This document shows positions 1-11,405 of a stretch of 64,000 nt of DNA, piece by piece. The position numbers and the translations under genes were made by a program. The notes beneath the pieces were generated by a model that saw only the letters and a list, made by a program, of their open reading frames with translations, did not search any database and was not told the DNA's origin. The stretch is from Octopus vulgaris. Its lineage: Eukaryota. Where the stretch lies: assembly GCA_951406725.2 (NCBI GenBank), contig OX597839.1:24428001-24492000 (forward strand), in the 5' to 3' direction. How positions within the stretch are numbered: position 1 is the first letter of the stretch; the number at the start of each line of letters is the position of its first letter.

Positions 1-146
1 CCAGCCCCTGTCAAACCATCCAACCCCTTGCCAGCATGGAAAACGGATGTTAAATGGTGATTTATTTATATATATATATATATATACACATATATAAACA
101 GCTAATTTAGTTATTACTCTGTAGATTGAAAAAAATGAACAGCCTT

Positions 147-530
147 AGGTGTAGGTGTGGCTGTGTGGTAAGAAGCTTGCTTCCCAACCACATAGTTCCA
201 GGTTCAGTCCCACTGCATGGCACCTTGGGCAAGTGTCTTTTACTACAGCTTCAGGCCAACCAAAGATTTGAGTGGATTTGATAGACAGGCCGTATACATA
301 CACATATATATATATTTGTGTGTCTGTGTTTGTTCCCCCCACCACCACCACCACCATTGCTTGACAACTGATGCTGGTGTGTTTATGTCCCCATGGCTTA
401 GTGGTTTGGCAAAAGAGACCAATAAAATAAGTGCTAGGATTACAAACAATAAGTCCTGGTGTCGGTTCGTTTGACTAAATGCAGTGCTCCAGCATTGCCG
501 CAGACAAATGGCTGAAGCAAGTAAAACAAT
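147..530 (+). mobile_element. SINE family A copy
   Basis: Colinear with 14753-15140. Confidence 0.85.
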
Positions 531-540
531 AACCTTAATT

Positions 541-955
541 CATCATCATCATCGTTTAGCGTCTGCTTTCCATGCTAGCATGGGTTGGATGGTTCATCTG
601 GGGTCTGGGAAGCCAGAAGGCTGCACCAGGCCCAGTCTGATCTGGCAATGTTTCTACGGCTGGATGCCCTTCCTAACACTAACCACTCCGTGAGTGTAGT
701 GCGTGCTTTTTACGTGCCAGACAAGGCTGGCAAATGGCCACGATCGGATGGCGCTTTTTACGTGCCACCGGCACGGGGGCCAAGCGAGGCTGGCAACGGC
801 CACGATCAGATGGTGCATTTTACGTGCCACTGGCACTAGGCCAGTCAGGGCAGCGCTGGCAACGGCCACATTCGGATGGTTCTCTTACGTGCCACCGGCA
901 CTGGTATCACAGCTGCAATTTCCATTGATGTTGATCAATTTCGATTTGATTTTTT
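541..955 (-). mobile_element. 3'UTR fragment of the same RTE family with ~60-bp tandem hairpin units
   Basis: (CAT)n tail at 541, GGATGCCCTTCCTAAC block, four TACGTGCCA units. Other fragments at 1-62, 2810-2950, 14656-14735, 18781-18900, 19880-20110, 31218-31407, 32192-32365, 38570-38805, 47128-47310. Confidence 0.7.
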
Positions 956-989
956 AAAATCCTATTGGATTCTCATTGGAGGTGATGTC

Positions 990-1195
990 TCCATCCATTT
1001 GACCAATTCCAGAGAAACAAGCAGACAATCCGTTTACAGACTCAACAATAACAGCAGCAACAGAAAACTGGATTTACTAATTTGCATATTGTAAGTGTCA
1101 ATCACTATATATCAACAGAGACCTCAACAAGGCGGTGCCCCAGCATGGCCACAGCTCGCGAGCTGAAACTAGATAAAATTAAAATAAAAAAATAA
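990..1195 (+). mobile_element. Possible decayed CR1-type 3' end
   Basis: FDQF/EKQADNPFTDSTITAATENWIY* across a frameshift, followed by AGGCGGTGCCCCAGCATGGCCACAGC..GCTGAAAC tail. Confidence 0.35.
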
Positions 1196-2582
1196 GGATA
1201 CACACACACACACACACATACACAAAGATATTCCTGTCATGACCACCACTTCTTATGTAGAACCAATTCGTCCAATGTGTCCTTCCTTAGTAGGAAACAA
1301 TCTGAAGGAATTCCGTTGTTATTTCAAGCAGAGGGACCAACAGCCTCGTCGACTCCTTTGATTTGTACCAGTGCATCTGTACCCACACACTCATAATGTG
1401 TATACACACATACACACACACACACATACATACATACACACACACACGCGCTTCGGGCACTTAGAAATGTGTGTGTGTGTGTGTGTAAATGATATGAGCA
1501 TGTATGGACACATAGTTGTATGGGAGTGTGTGTGTGTGTGTGTGTGAACATATAGCTTGCATGCGAGTGAGAGTGGGGCGTCTTGTGGGAGGGGTTTGTG
1601 TGTATGGATGGGGGTTTCTTGGGGGAGGGGGCTTGGCTGCATGTGTTTGACTTGTGTGTTTATTTGGCCTGTGTGCATGTCTTTCGCTTGTGTGTGTGTG
1701 TGTGTGTGTGTGTACGTGTCTTTGGCTCGTGTGCATACGTGGGGCTTGTGTGCGTGTGCATGTGTTTCTAGCTTTGTGCACATGCATATTTCAATTTCAA
1801 ACAGGACAAAACAGATAACTATAAAAGACACCACACACACACACACACACATGCAGAGTAACCCTAGGCAACAGCTGGTGATGACTCGTGAACAGAGAGA
1901 GGGAGAGCAAGAGCAAGAGAGAGGCTGGAGAGGGAGGGAGGGGAATGATGTCACCAACAGATTGTCCACAAAATTTCAAACCTTCAATTTTCAACAATAA
2001 TTTTCACTTCCAAGGGCAACACTGCTGCTGCTGCTGCTACTACTGCTACCACTGAAACATGGCTGCCAGCTGGGCTGAATCACCATCACCTAAACTAGTT
2101 CACACACCATTAGCTCACCCTCTTTCCACCCTCTTATCTCATCACAAGAACATTTCAGATATCCACCATAGAAATAAAGACCTGTTTCATTAACTTTTAT
2201 ATGTTTTTAGTCATTAGACTGTGGCCATGCTGTAGCACAATCTTGAAGGATTTTTAGCCCAACAAATCAAACAATACTTCACCCCACCCCCTTAAGCCTA
2301 ATATTCTATCAGTCTCTTACCAAACCACTAAGTTACAGGAATGTAAACAAACCAACACCGGTTGCCAAGCGGTGGCAGTGGGACAAACACTGACACAAAG
2401 ACACACACACACACACATTATATGTACGAGCTTCTTTCAGTTTCCATCTCCCAAATTTACTCACAAGACATTGGTCAGCCTAAGTTGATGGTAGAAGACA
2501 TTTGTCCAAGGTACCATGCTTATTCAGTGGATTTGGTAAATGGAATCTGAAATATCTAAAAAGGACTCAGCGGACACTTTAA

Positions 2583-2803
2583 CCCTTTAGCATTTAAACC
2601 GGCCACATCCGGCCAAAAGTATTCTGCCTGTTTTATGTTCAAACTGGCCATATCTGGTCTCTCACACCAACCCTACAATATCGTTTTAAAAATTAACTGC
2701 TACCTCATCAAAATCTCATAGCTACAAGATAATGCATGATTAGTTCAAAACAGTATGGAGGAAAAAGCATTAATTTTGGCAGAATAATGCGAACACTAAA
2801 GGG
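2583..2803 (+). mobile_element. piggyBac-type MITE family 1 (221 bp)
   Basis: TTAA|CCCTTTAG...CTAAAGGG|TTAA; near-identical copies at 25922 and 39539. Confidence 0.85.
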
Positions 2804-3954
2804 TTAAAGTGGCCAGTGTTAGGAAGGGTCACTGGCTGTAGAAACCATGCCAGAACAGACACAGAATCTAGCGGAGCCTTCTGGCTTGTCTGTTCTTGTC
2901 AAACCGTCCAACCCATCCAGCATGGAAAAAAAGGGATGTTAAATGATAACACACACACTCACACATGCGTGTGTGTGTTTTTCTGAGTCTGTCCTCCATC
3001 ACTGTTTAACAACTTGTACAGGTATTTTTATGTCCCTTTAACTTAGTGGGTCAGCAAAAGAGACCAATAGAATACGAACCAGGCCTTAAAAAGTACTGGG
3101 GTCAATTTGTTCAACTAATATTCAAGGCATGATCCAAGTCTGAAACAGGATAAAACGTGTGTGGGCGTGTGTGTGTGGGGGGGGCGTGTGTGTGCCTATT
3201 ATCTCCACACTAACATAAACTCAATATTTTTCTTGCTCATGGCAACAGTAATTAATCCTTTTGTTCCCGTATTCCTATTGAAATACGGAAACTAAAAGAC
3301 ACCACTTTTGTGCCAATGTTTGAAAACAATAAAGAATTTCATAAAATTACTTTGTCGTTAATAATCTGGTGTTTGGAACACAAATTAACAAGAAATTCTG
3401 ACTGAAAGTTTTTTTCTTTCTTTTTTTTTTTTTTAACTTGGATCACTTTAAAACAAACAAACAAGTTTGTATTCTTGTATATGAAGAGTAGATATATATC
3501 CTGGTTGGCACCAAAATGGTTGAAATTCAAAATTCATAAATCTTAAAAACATGAAAAAAAATCCACATTGAATAAAAGTTGTTTTATACATTCCAGTGTA
3601 AAGATTTTTGTGGTTTTGGTACTCTCAAGAGTGTAGGAAATCTATGCACATACTCCCTAATGTTTGTGAAATAATGTATAAGCAAAACAGTTAATCCTTT
3701 GAAATTTATTCCTCTTCCATGTGGAATAAAGCTTTGATATTCCTCAGTTAAGTTTATTTATTCTCCAATATATCTGAAGACTTTGTTTTAAACCTCATGG
3801 CTAAGGCCATGATGCAGCACTTTCTCCAAAAGTGGAATAAAAAGCAATTTCATAACTGTCTAAGTTTTGAAAGACAAAAATATAGTTTTAATTATCTCCA
3901 TTGTATAACGATGCATAGAAGTTATTATTACTCCGGTGACAAGCAAGCAGTTTA

Positions 3955-4745
3955 ACCCTCCAGGGTACAAAAGTATTATTTTATGCTCTCCAGAGTTAAA
4001 AACATAGATGAAAAATCTCCAGGGTGAAAAAGGGGTTGTGTAAATCTCCAGAGTGAAAATAAAGAGGGTTTTTTTTTTATAGTCTCCATGGTGAAAAGAA
4101 GTAGTTTAACATTGTTCAGTGAAATTTTATGTGGTTTAACACATTCCAAAATAAATAGGTGTGGTTTAGCAATCTCCGGGATAGAAAGATGTATCTTGTA
4201 ATCTCCAGTGAGCAAACAAACAAGTTTTATACTCCACAATGTGTAAAGATATGGTTTAGTACTCTCCAGAGTGCAAAAATACATTTAGTCTCTCCAGAGT
4301 GCAAAAATACATTTAGTCTCTCCAATGTGCAAAGATACTTTTGGTACTCTCCAGCGTGCAAAGGTACTTTTGGTACTCTCCAGAGAATGAAAATAGTTAT
4401 TACTCTCCTGTGTGCAAAGATACACTATTTCGTCCTCTTTTGTGTACAAAGATCCATTTGGTACTCTCCAGAGTGCAAAGGTACATTATTTAGTCCTCTT
4501 TTGTGTATGAAGATAGATTTAGTCCTTTCCTGTGTGCAAACATACATATAGCACCCTCCAGTGTACAAAGGTGCTTTTGGTACTCTCCTGTGTGAAAAGA
4601 TATATTAGTTAGTCCTCTTTTGTGGATAAAGATAGATTTAGTCCTCCCCTATGTACCGAGACATTTAGCACTCTCCAGGGTGCACAAAGGTACTTTTGAT
4701 AGTCTCCAGTGTACAAAGAAAGGGTTTTGAACTCTTCAGCATGCG
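3955..4745. repeat. Degenerate ~29-bp minisatellite (TGGTACTCTCCAGAGTGCAAAG...)
   Basis: CTCTCCAG recurs at ~29-30 bp spacing; faint units extend left to ~3580. Confidence 0.8.
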
Positions 4746-4767
4746 AAGAAAATGTTTTGTTTAATTT

Positions 4768-4809
<42 letters not shown>

Positions 4810-4907
4810 GCTTATAATATGTGGAAAGAGACCCTTGACAGCAGACTGTGTCCACTCTCACAGAATCTATCAGAGCAAACAAGACTGAGTACTCTGAGAG
4901 GTAAAAC

Positions 4908-4942
<35 letters not shown>

Positions 4943-5461
4943 GTATCTGTGGAATAAGTGTTAGGTGTATATAATATCTGTGAATTAAAACTTGGCTATA
5001 TATCACAGGTGAGGGAGAGAGTGTTGGTTGTAGCATGTGATGGTGGTGATGGAAGAAAGTATTGCATGTATAACGTGTGTGTGGTGGAATAAGTATAACA
5101 TGTCCAAGGCAATAAGTGACGACTGTATATCCTGCTTATGGAACAAGTTTCATATTCAACAAGAGAAAAATAATAGAATACAGAGACGTACACGCATCTA
5201 ACGTTGATAAAACGACGACAAGAGGCCTGTCAAAATAGATTAAGTATGTATGACGGATATCAGAGAATTGGCAAAGAAGATAACAATATTTAGAAATTTA
5301 CCAATAAATTATGAATGTAGAATAAATGTTTCTTCAACAACAACAACAGCAACAGCAACAACAATGACAACAACAGACAGTGTGTAGATTTGCTTTGACC
5401 TCTACAGACATTCCGGTGGTTCTTGATTGTGTTATATTGCCATTTAAGGAAACTAGTATTT

Positions 5462-5502
<41 letters not shown>

Positions 5503-5616
5503 AATGAATGTTCATGTACATTTATGTATTCACATATCTGTATATGTAAAGGTGTTTGTACACTGTGTGTGTGTGTGTGTTCACATGTCTGTGTATGAGC
5601 AGGTGTTTGCACACAA

Positions 5617-5654
<38 letters not shown>

Positions 5655-5864
5655 CATGAGACATGATAACATGGTAGAGTGACACATATGTAGATACAAT
5701 GAGTTGAAAAAATTTGAGATTATAAATGCAATTAGTAGAGAAAACCTCCCTCCTACGGTAGGCAGTATTTAAAAATCACACAAGGGAGATAACCACAATG
5801 ATATCAGCTTATCCAAATACTTGGCTAAAAATAAAATGCAGTTTAAGAGTAGACCTTGTCTTTT

Positions 5865-6555
5865 ACCCTTTAGCAAATATTTGCCCTGTTTTTATGCTTC
5901 AATTGACAATGGTCCAGCCTCTCACACCTACCCCACAATAACACCCTGAAAACAACCACATTATTCAAATCTTGAAGTTACAAGACAATGCACGTTTAAC
6001 TGAAAACCGAGAACGAACAAGCTTTACATTTGACAGAATTATGTGAATGCGGAAAGGTGGAATCGGCCATATCTGGCTCATATATATTCTTTCTGTGTTA
6101 TGTTCAAACTGACCAGATCTGGTCTCTCGTACCTACCCTTCAATGTCATTCTAACAAAAACAAACAATCACCTTATTGAAATCTCAAAGCTAAGAGACAG
6201 TGCACGATGGATTCAAAAACAATGTCACTAAATAAAGATTACATTTGAGGGAGTAACCCGAATGCTGAAGGGTCAAATCAGACATATCAAGCCATAATAG
6301 TCTACCTGTTTTATATCCCAACTAGCCAGATCTGGTCTCTTCCACTTACCTTACAATGTCATTCCAAAACTAGACAATCAAATCATTGAAATCTCAAAGC
6401 TACGAGATAATCCATGACTAATTGAAAACAATGTGGATAAATAAGGATTACATTCGACAGAAGAATCTGAATGCTAAAGGGTCGGATTAGCCATGCCCAG
6501 CCCAAATATTCTACCCGTTTTATGTTCAAACTGACCAGATCTGGCCTCTTACACC
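5865..6555 (+). mobile_element. Tandem head-to-tail array of ~3.5 decayed family-1 MITE copies
   Basis: Repeated ...TTATGTTCAAACTGACCAGATCTGG...AAATCTCAAAGCTA...AATGCTAAAGGG at ~210-bp spacing. Confidence 0.7.
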
Positions 6556-7673
6556 CAAAAGGCTGTGGACCCACTACCCTTGAAGTGAACTGGTTTCGAG
6601 CAGGAATTGAAACCTCCAATGCTTCTGATACTGAAAGAGATCGTATCTGCTGCTCTAGGTAGACTTTTAATAAATGATTTTCCTTTTGTTAAGTGACTAA
6701 TAAAAGGGAAATCCTGCTATTTCCGGATCACCAAGCAGAAGAGAGGGGGAGAGGGAGGCTGGCGGGGGGAGGGGTAAAGGCAGAGTGAGAGGATATCCAT
6801 TTTCCTATTGTTCTTTTCAAAGTGTGTAACATGATAAAAAAAGCCCCCAAATTGGCTGGCCTCCCCCTTTATCTGGGGAAAAAATCTATAGCAATAAATC
6901 ACAGTTAAACAATTATTACCAACCAACCTGCCACAGATACTTCTCCTCCACCTGCTCCCCTCCCCCCACCCCCGCCTCAACACCACCACCACCACCACCT
7001 TTCTATCCCCCTCCTCACCTCCTTCCTCCCGGCCAGTCTTCAAGGTTTCTTCTAGCAGAAGAAGATATCACATTTTGTTTTGACATGCTTTTAATAGTTA
7101 CCACTAAATGGAACCTACACACACACACAAACTAAAGCTACCTACAAACAATCTACACATACACACATACTACCTATGAACAATATAGTACACACACATA
7201 CACACACACACAAACTAACACGTACAAACCAAGAAAGGTTTACTTTTCATCTTATACTTGCTTCAGTCACTGGACTGTGGCCATGCTGGGGCACCACCTG
7301 GAAGGAATTTAGTCACACAAATCGACCCCAGAATATTTTTTGCTTATTTTTTGTTTAAGCCTGGTACTTATTCTATCACTCTCTTATTGTCAAACCACTA
7401 AGTTACAGGGACATAAAAATACACCAACACCGGTTGCCAAGCAGTAGTAGGAGACAAACAAACACACAGGCTTCTTTCAGTTTCCATCTACCAAATCCAC
7501 TCACAAGACTTTGGTCGGCCCATGGCTATAGTAAAAGACACTTGCCCAAGATGCCACACAGTGGGACTAAAGTGCCAAGACAACATAGATGTGAAGCAAG
7601 CTTCTTACCCACAAAACCACACCTCAAATCATATTTCACTCACTCAGGCATTTGCTCTTTGAGCAGGTATTAA

Positions 7674-8201
7674 CCCTTTTGTTACCATATTCCTGTTGAG
7701 ATGCTCTGTGTTTCTTGCAATTATTTTAAATATAACAAAGAATTTAGTAAAATAACTTAGTTATCATTCAGCTAGTGTTAGGAACATAAATTGTGACTAA
7801 GGTTTGGTGGAAAATTTTCATTTCAAAACTTATGAAAACAAGACATTTGTACTACAGAGCCAGAGGCAGTTTCAACCGGGTTGGTATCAAAGGGTTAATT
7901 TGCAGATTTTGTTTCATTTGTTAGAAATAGCAGCCAAATCTTGTACAAATTGAAGATACATTTCACTGACTGTCTTTAACCCTTTCGTTTCTGTATTTCT
8001 GTTGAGATGATCTGTGTTTCTTTTAATTAATTTTAAATATAACAAAGAATTTAGTAAAATAACTTCGTTATCATTAAGCTAGTGTTAGGAACATAAATTG
8101 TGACTAAGGAGTGGTGGAGGATTTTAATTGAGAACTTTTGAAAACAGGACATTTGTACTACAGAGCCAGAAGTGGTTTTAGCCAGGTTGGTATCGGAAAG
8201 G
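7674..8201 (+). mobile_element. Composite of two piggyBac-type family-2 MITEs (7674-7894, 7980-8201) with 77-bp spacer
   Basis: TTAA|CCCTTT...AAAGGG|TTAA ends; same arrangement inverted at 41261-41785. Confidence 0.8.
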
Positions 8202-8660
8202 TTTGATAATGGTCAAGAAGACCTACTGAAAACCCCATAACAAGCAAAGATCCTCAACCATGTCATGCCACATTCCTGCTGTAGCAGCAATAGGTTAAAC
8301 ATCATCTCTGCCAGACTCCTGGCAAAGCGGTAATGAACATCACACGGAACAAAAGATGAAACAACCGATTCCGACCATTAATCTGCCAGATATTGTTTGT
8401 TCTTCAGCTGTATATGCAACAACCATTTATGTTTCCACCCAGGTGGAGAGTGAAGGTAGACACAGGGGTACAGGTCCGTGAGGGCCAAGTCCAGTTGTTG
8501 ACCAAAACAAATCTGAATGGGACAGGAATGGTTTGAGGGGAAGGTGCTGTTAGTAACCACTAATGTTGAAAATAAACCAACAGTTTATATATCAGTAGGG
8601 CAAATACCAGCACAGGAGGGAATGTTCAATAGCCCAATGAATGATATGACGTGTGTACAT

Positions 8661-8691
<31 letters not shown>

Positions 8692-8694
<3 letters not shown>

Positions 8695-8986
8695 ACATGA
8701 TCACGTGACTGACCAGACCATCAGATGTTGCAACACATCGCTGGTCACAATGCATTCGCATTGTTTTAGCCTTCGAATGACGCCACCCCGCTGGCTAAGC
8801 GAGCAGGCCGACAGAAGAAAGAGTGAAAGAGTATAGCAGGGATCACCACCATCCCCTGCCGGAGCGTCGTGGAGCTTTTAGGTGTTTTCACTCAATAAAC
8901 ACTCATAACACCCGGTCTGGGAATCGAAACCGCGATCCTACGATCGCGAGTCCGCTGCCCTAACCTCTGGGCCATTGCGCCTTCAC
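8692..8986 (-). mobile_element. tRNA-derived SINE family D (probably octopus OR-type)
   Basis: Head GGCGCAATGGCCCAG(A/T)GGTTAGGGCAGCGGACTCGCG...GGTTTCGATTCCC; copies at 32387-32670 (+) and 37924-38160 (-). Confidence 0.8.
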
Positions 8987-9424
8987 TTATATATATATAT
9001 ATACATACATACATACACTATACAGACACATGTACAAGTTACTTACCCTACTGATATACAAACACAAAACTATATACACTGATGTAAACAGAGAAGAAAT
9101 TCCATGAATATTTTGGCAAGACATATTTCGTATATCCAGAAATGGTAGAGAGAGAGAGAGAGAGAGAGAGAGACAGTGAAAGAGAAGCTATAAGGTTAAA
9201 GAAGTGCAAATAATACAGACATATACACACAGATATATACATATATTTATATATATTATATTACACATTCACTTGAACACAACTATATAACCATAACAAT
9301 CGCATAGACCATAGCTAAAATGATGCAATATGCGCATCTATATATATATGTTTGTGTATATATATCTACACACACACACAGAGTCACTACGAGGATATTT
9401 AGAACTCTTGTAGGGATTATTTTG

Positions 9425-9485
9425 TATTTTGAAGAGATATTTCTTCAATGAATATATTGTATAAAATATCATGAAACATCAAATA
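9425..9485 (+). ncRNA. Degenerate hammerhead-like motif
   Basis: TATTT TGAAGA GATATTT...AAATATC AT GAAA CA TC AAATA; C3 missing, stem III CG decayed to CA. Confidence 0.4.
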
Positions 9486-9604
9486 TTATAATTAAGTTTG
9501 AAAACAGAGAGATCCAATAGATACAAATTAATTTATTAACTGTTAATTAACCAATAAATTAATTTGTATCCATTGTATCTCTCCATTTTCAAACTTAATA
9601 ATAT
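9484..9604. repeat. AT-rich inverted repeat adjoining a hammerhead relic
   Basis: ATTAAGTTTGAAAA...ATACAAATTAATTTATT / AATAAATTAATTTGTAT...TTTTCAAACTTAAT. Confidence 0.6.
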
Positions 9605-9628
9605 ATATTTAATCTCATCATCATCATC

Positions 9629-9670
<42 letters not shown>

Positions 9671-9679
<9 letters not shown>

Positions 9680-9913
9680 TAATAGTAAGGGTTTTTTTGC
9701 AACAAGTTGCTTAAACCACGTACCGAAAATATTAGAAATATTAGAATATTCTAATATTTTCGGTATGTGGTTTAAGCAACTTTTTGCAAAAAACCCTTAC
9801 TATTATAATTATATAAATTTTTACCAAATAAGGTCCTTTTCCATACCGAAATACTACTAGGTAAAATTTGTTGATTTTATTAAATTAATTACATTTCACC
9901 CTATATCTGTATT

Positions 9914-9917
<4 letters not shown>
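9671..9917. mobile_element. Fold-back element between two (TA)n tracts
   Basis: Inverted arms ~9671-9736 and ~9750-9814, right arm extended by ~100 unique bp; (TA)n on both sides. Confidence 0.55.
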
Positions 9918-9973
<56 letters not shown>

Positions 9974-10324
9974 GACTTTTTTCAGTTTCAGTCGACCAAA
10001 TTCACTCACAAGGCTTTGGTCAGCCTGGGGCTTTAGTAGAAGACACTTGCCCAAGGTGTCACGCAGTGGGACTGAACCTGGACCCTTGTAGTTAGGAAGC
10101 AAGCTTCTTACCCTACAGCCATGCCTACTTGTATGTGTGATTTTATGTATGTGAAGTCATATCTCACACATCATGTCTAAAATTCTGTGTGTGTTTGTGT
10201 GTGTATAAAAGAAAATATATATATATAACGGGAAAGTTTACGAAAATGAACAAAAGACGAAGGCAGGTGGAGTACAAACAAACAAATGTATTAGTATAGC
10301 GCTCAGGAATAGAAATAGAACAAG

Positions 10325-10362
10325 TCTTTTACATTTCGAGCCTACGCTCTTCGACAGAAAGA
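10325..10362 (-). ncRNA. Minimal hammerhead-like motif with deviant core
   Basis: Minus strand TCTTT CTGTCGA A GAGC gtag GCTC GAAA TG TA AAAGA; 5-bp stem I and 4-bp stem II perfect, A6 replaced by U. Confidence 0.5.
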
Positions 10363-10888
10363 TACAAAGAAAAAAAACAAGGAGAGAAAAAAATGCGTGT
10401 AGTGGCTAACGATCTATCATACACACATATACACACACACATTGATTGACTTTCTATCTAAAGTGCAATCACAGCGAGAGCCAGTTGAAAAGGAATCTTC
10501 TGTTTTTCTTTTTGTTGTTGTCCACTTTGTGACCCGGGGCCCTGCTGTCTGTCATCTTTTTTGAACTTGTAATTACAGGAGAGAGAGAGAGAGAGAGAGA
10601 GAGGAAATGTGTCATTTAATTGCTAGTTAGCTAAACCTAAATGAATGTACATTATTACATCACCATCATCATAATGTGTGTCAGCATGGAGGACCTTTAT
10701 GATGTCAGTGCAAGCTACCGGAACTAATTAGTGTGCATCATCATCATCAACATTGTTTTGATGTCCACTTCTCCATGTTTGCATGGGTCGCAGATGTGAC
10801 ATTGTAGGGTAGGTGTGAGAGGATGAATCTGGTCAATCCGAACATAAAAAAAGGGCAAATATTTCGGCCAGATATGGTTGGTTTAAAT

Positions 10889-11235
10889 CAGCAGTTCTCA
10901 AATGGAAGTCCATGTAAGGTATTGGGGGGGCCCCAAAGGGTCCATAGAAGATTGGGGAGGGGGTGCATACAACAAAATAGTAAATTGGGGATCCACAATA
11001 ATATTTTAAGGGTCCTTGAAATTTTTTTTTAGACGTATGTGTAGCATAAAAAAGGTTTCTTTCCCCAACATTTTACATAGTTCAACTTACACAGGCCAAT
11101 GTATGAAAAACTAAATAGGAATTTTGAAAGAAGTTTCTATAAAACTAGCTTTTAAATACCAATGGCTGTGGGGGTCCATGAGAATAAAATAGTAATCAAA
11201 GGGGTCCATAGATGAAAAATGATTGGAAAGCCCTG
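10889..11235. mobile_element. hAT-type MITE
   Basis: Degenerate TIR CAGCAGTTCTCAA / TTGGAAAGCCCTG with 8-bp TSD GTTTAAAT (10881-88, 11236-43). Confidence 0.7.
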
Positions 11236-11319
11236 GTTTAAATGTTAAAGGATTAAAGGCAAGATACACTCTTAAATCACATCCTCATCATTTAACATAT
11301 GCTGGCATGGGTTGGACAC

Positions 11320-11405
11320 TTTGACAGTGACCTCAAAGTTTTCACCAGTTAAGCCATCATTTGACAATGGCTTCGCTGGCCAAAACTTTGAAGTCCTTGT
11401 CAACA
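11320..11405. repeat. ~85-bp palindromic mini-element
   Basis: TTGACAGTGACCTCAAAGTTT...AAACTTTGAAGTCCTTGTCAA; relatives at 18366-18406 (half) and 59541-59632. Confidence 0.6.

Noticed and set aside
700-900. CRISPR-like palindromic repeats with variable spacers
   Set aside because: Spacers are homologous to each other, the array is part of an RTE 3'UTR, the context is eukaryotic and there are no cas genes.
3976-4551. 102-130 aa ORFs
   Set aside because: Derived from the degenerate 29-bp minisatellite.
6575-6660. Minus-strand GGTTTCAATTCC...CCA resembling a tRNA 3' end
   Set aside because: No cloverleaf or A box upstream.
8300-8620. Unique sequence that might be the next transporter exon
   Set aside because: No phase-compatible frame with xFG(R/K)xQ or transmembrane character; no good splice pair.
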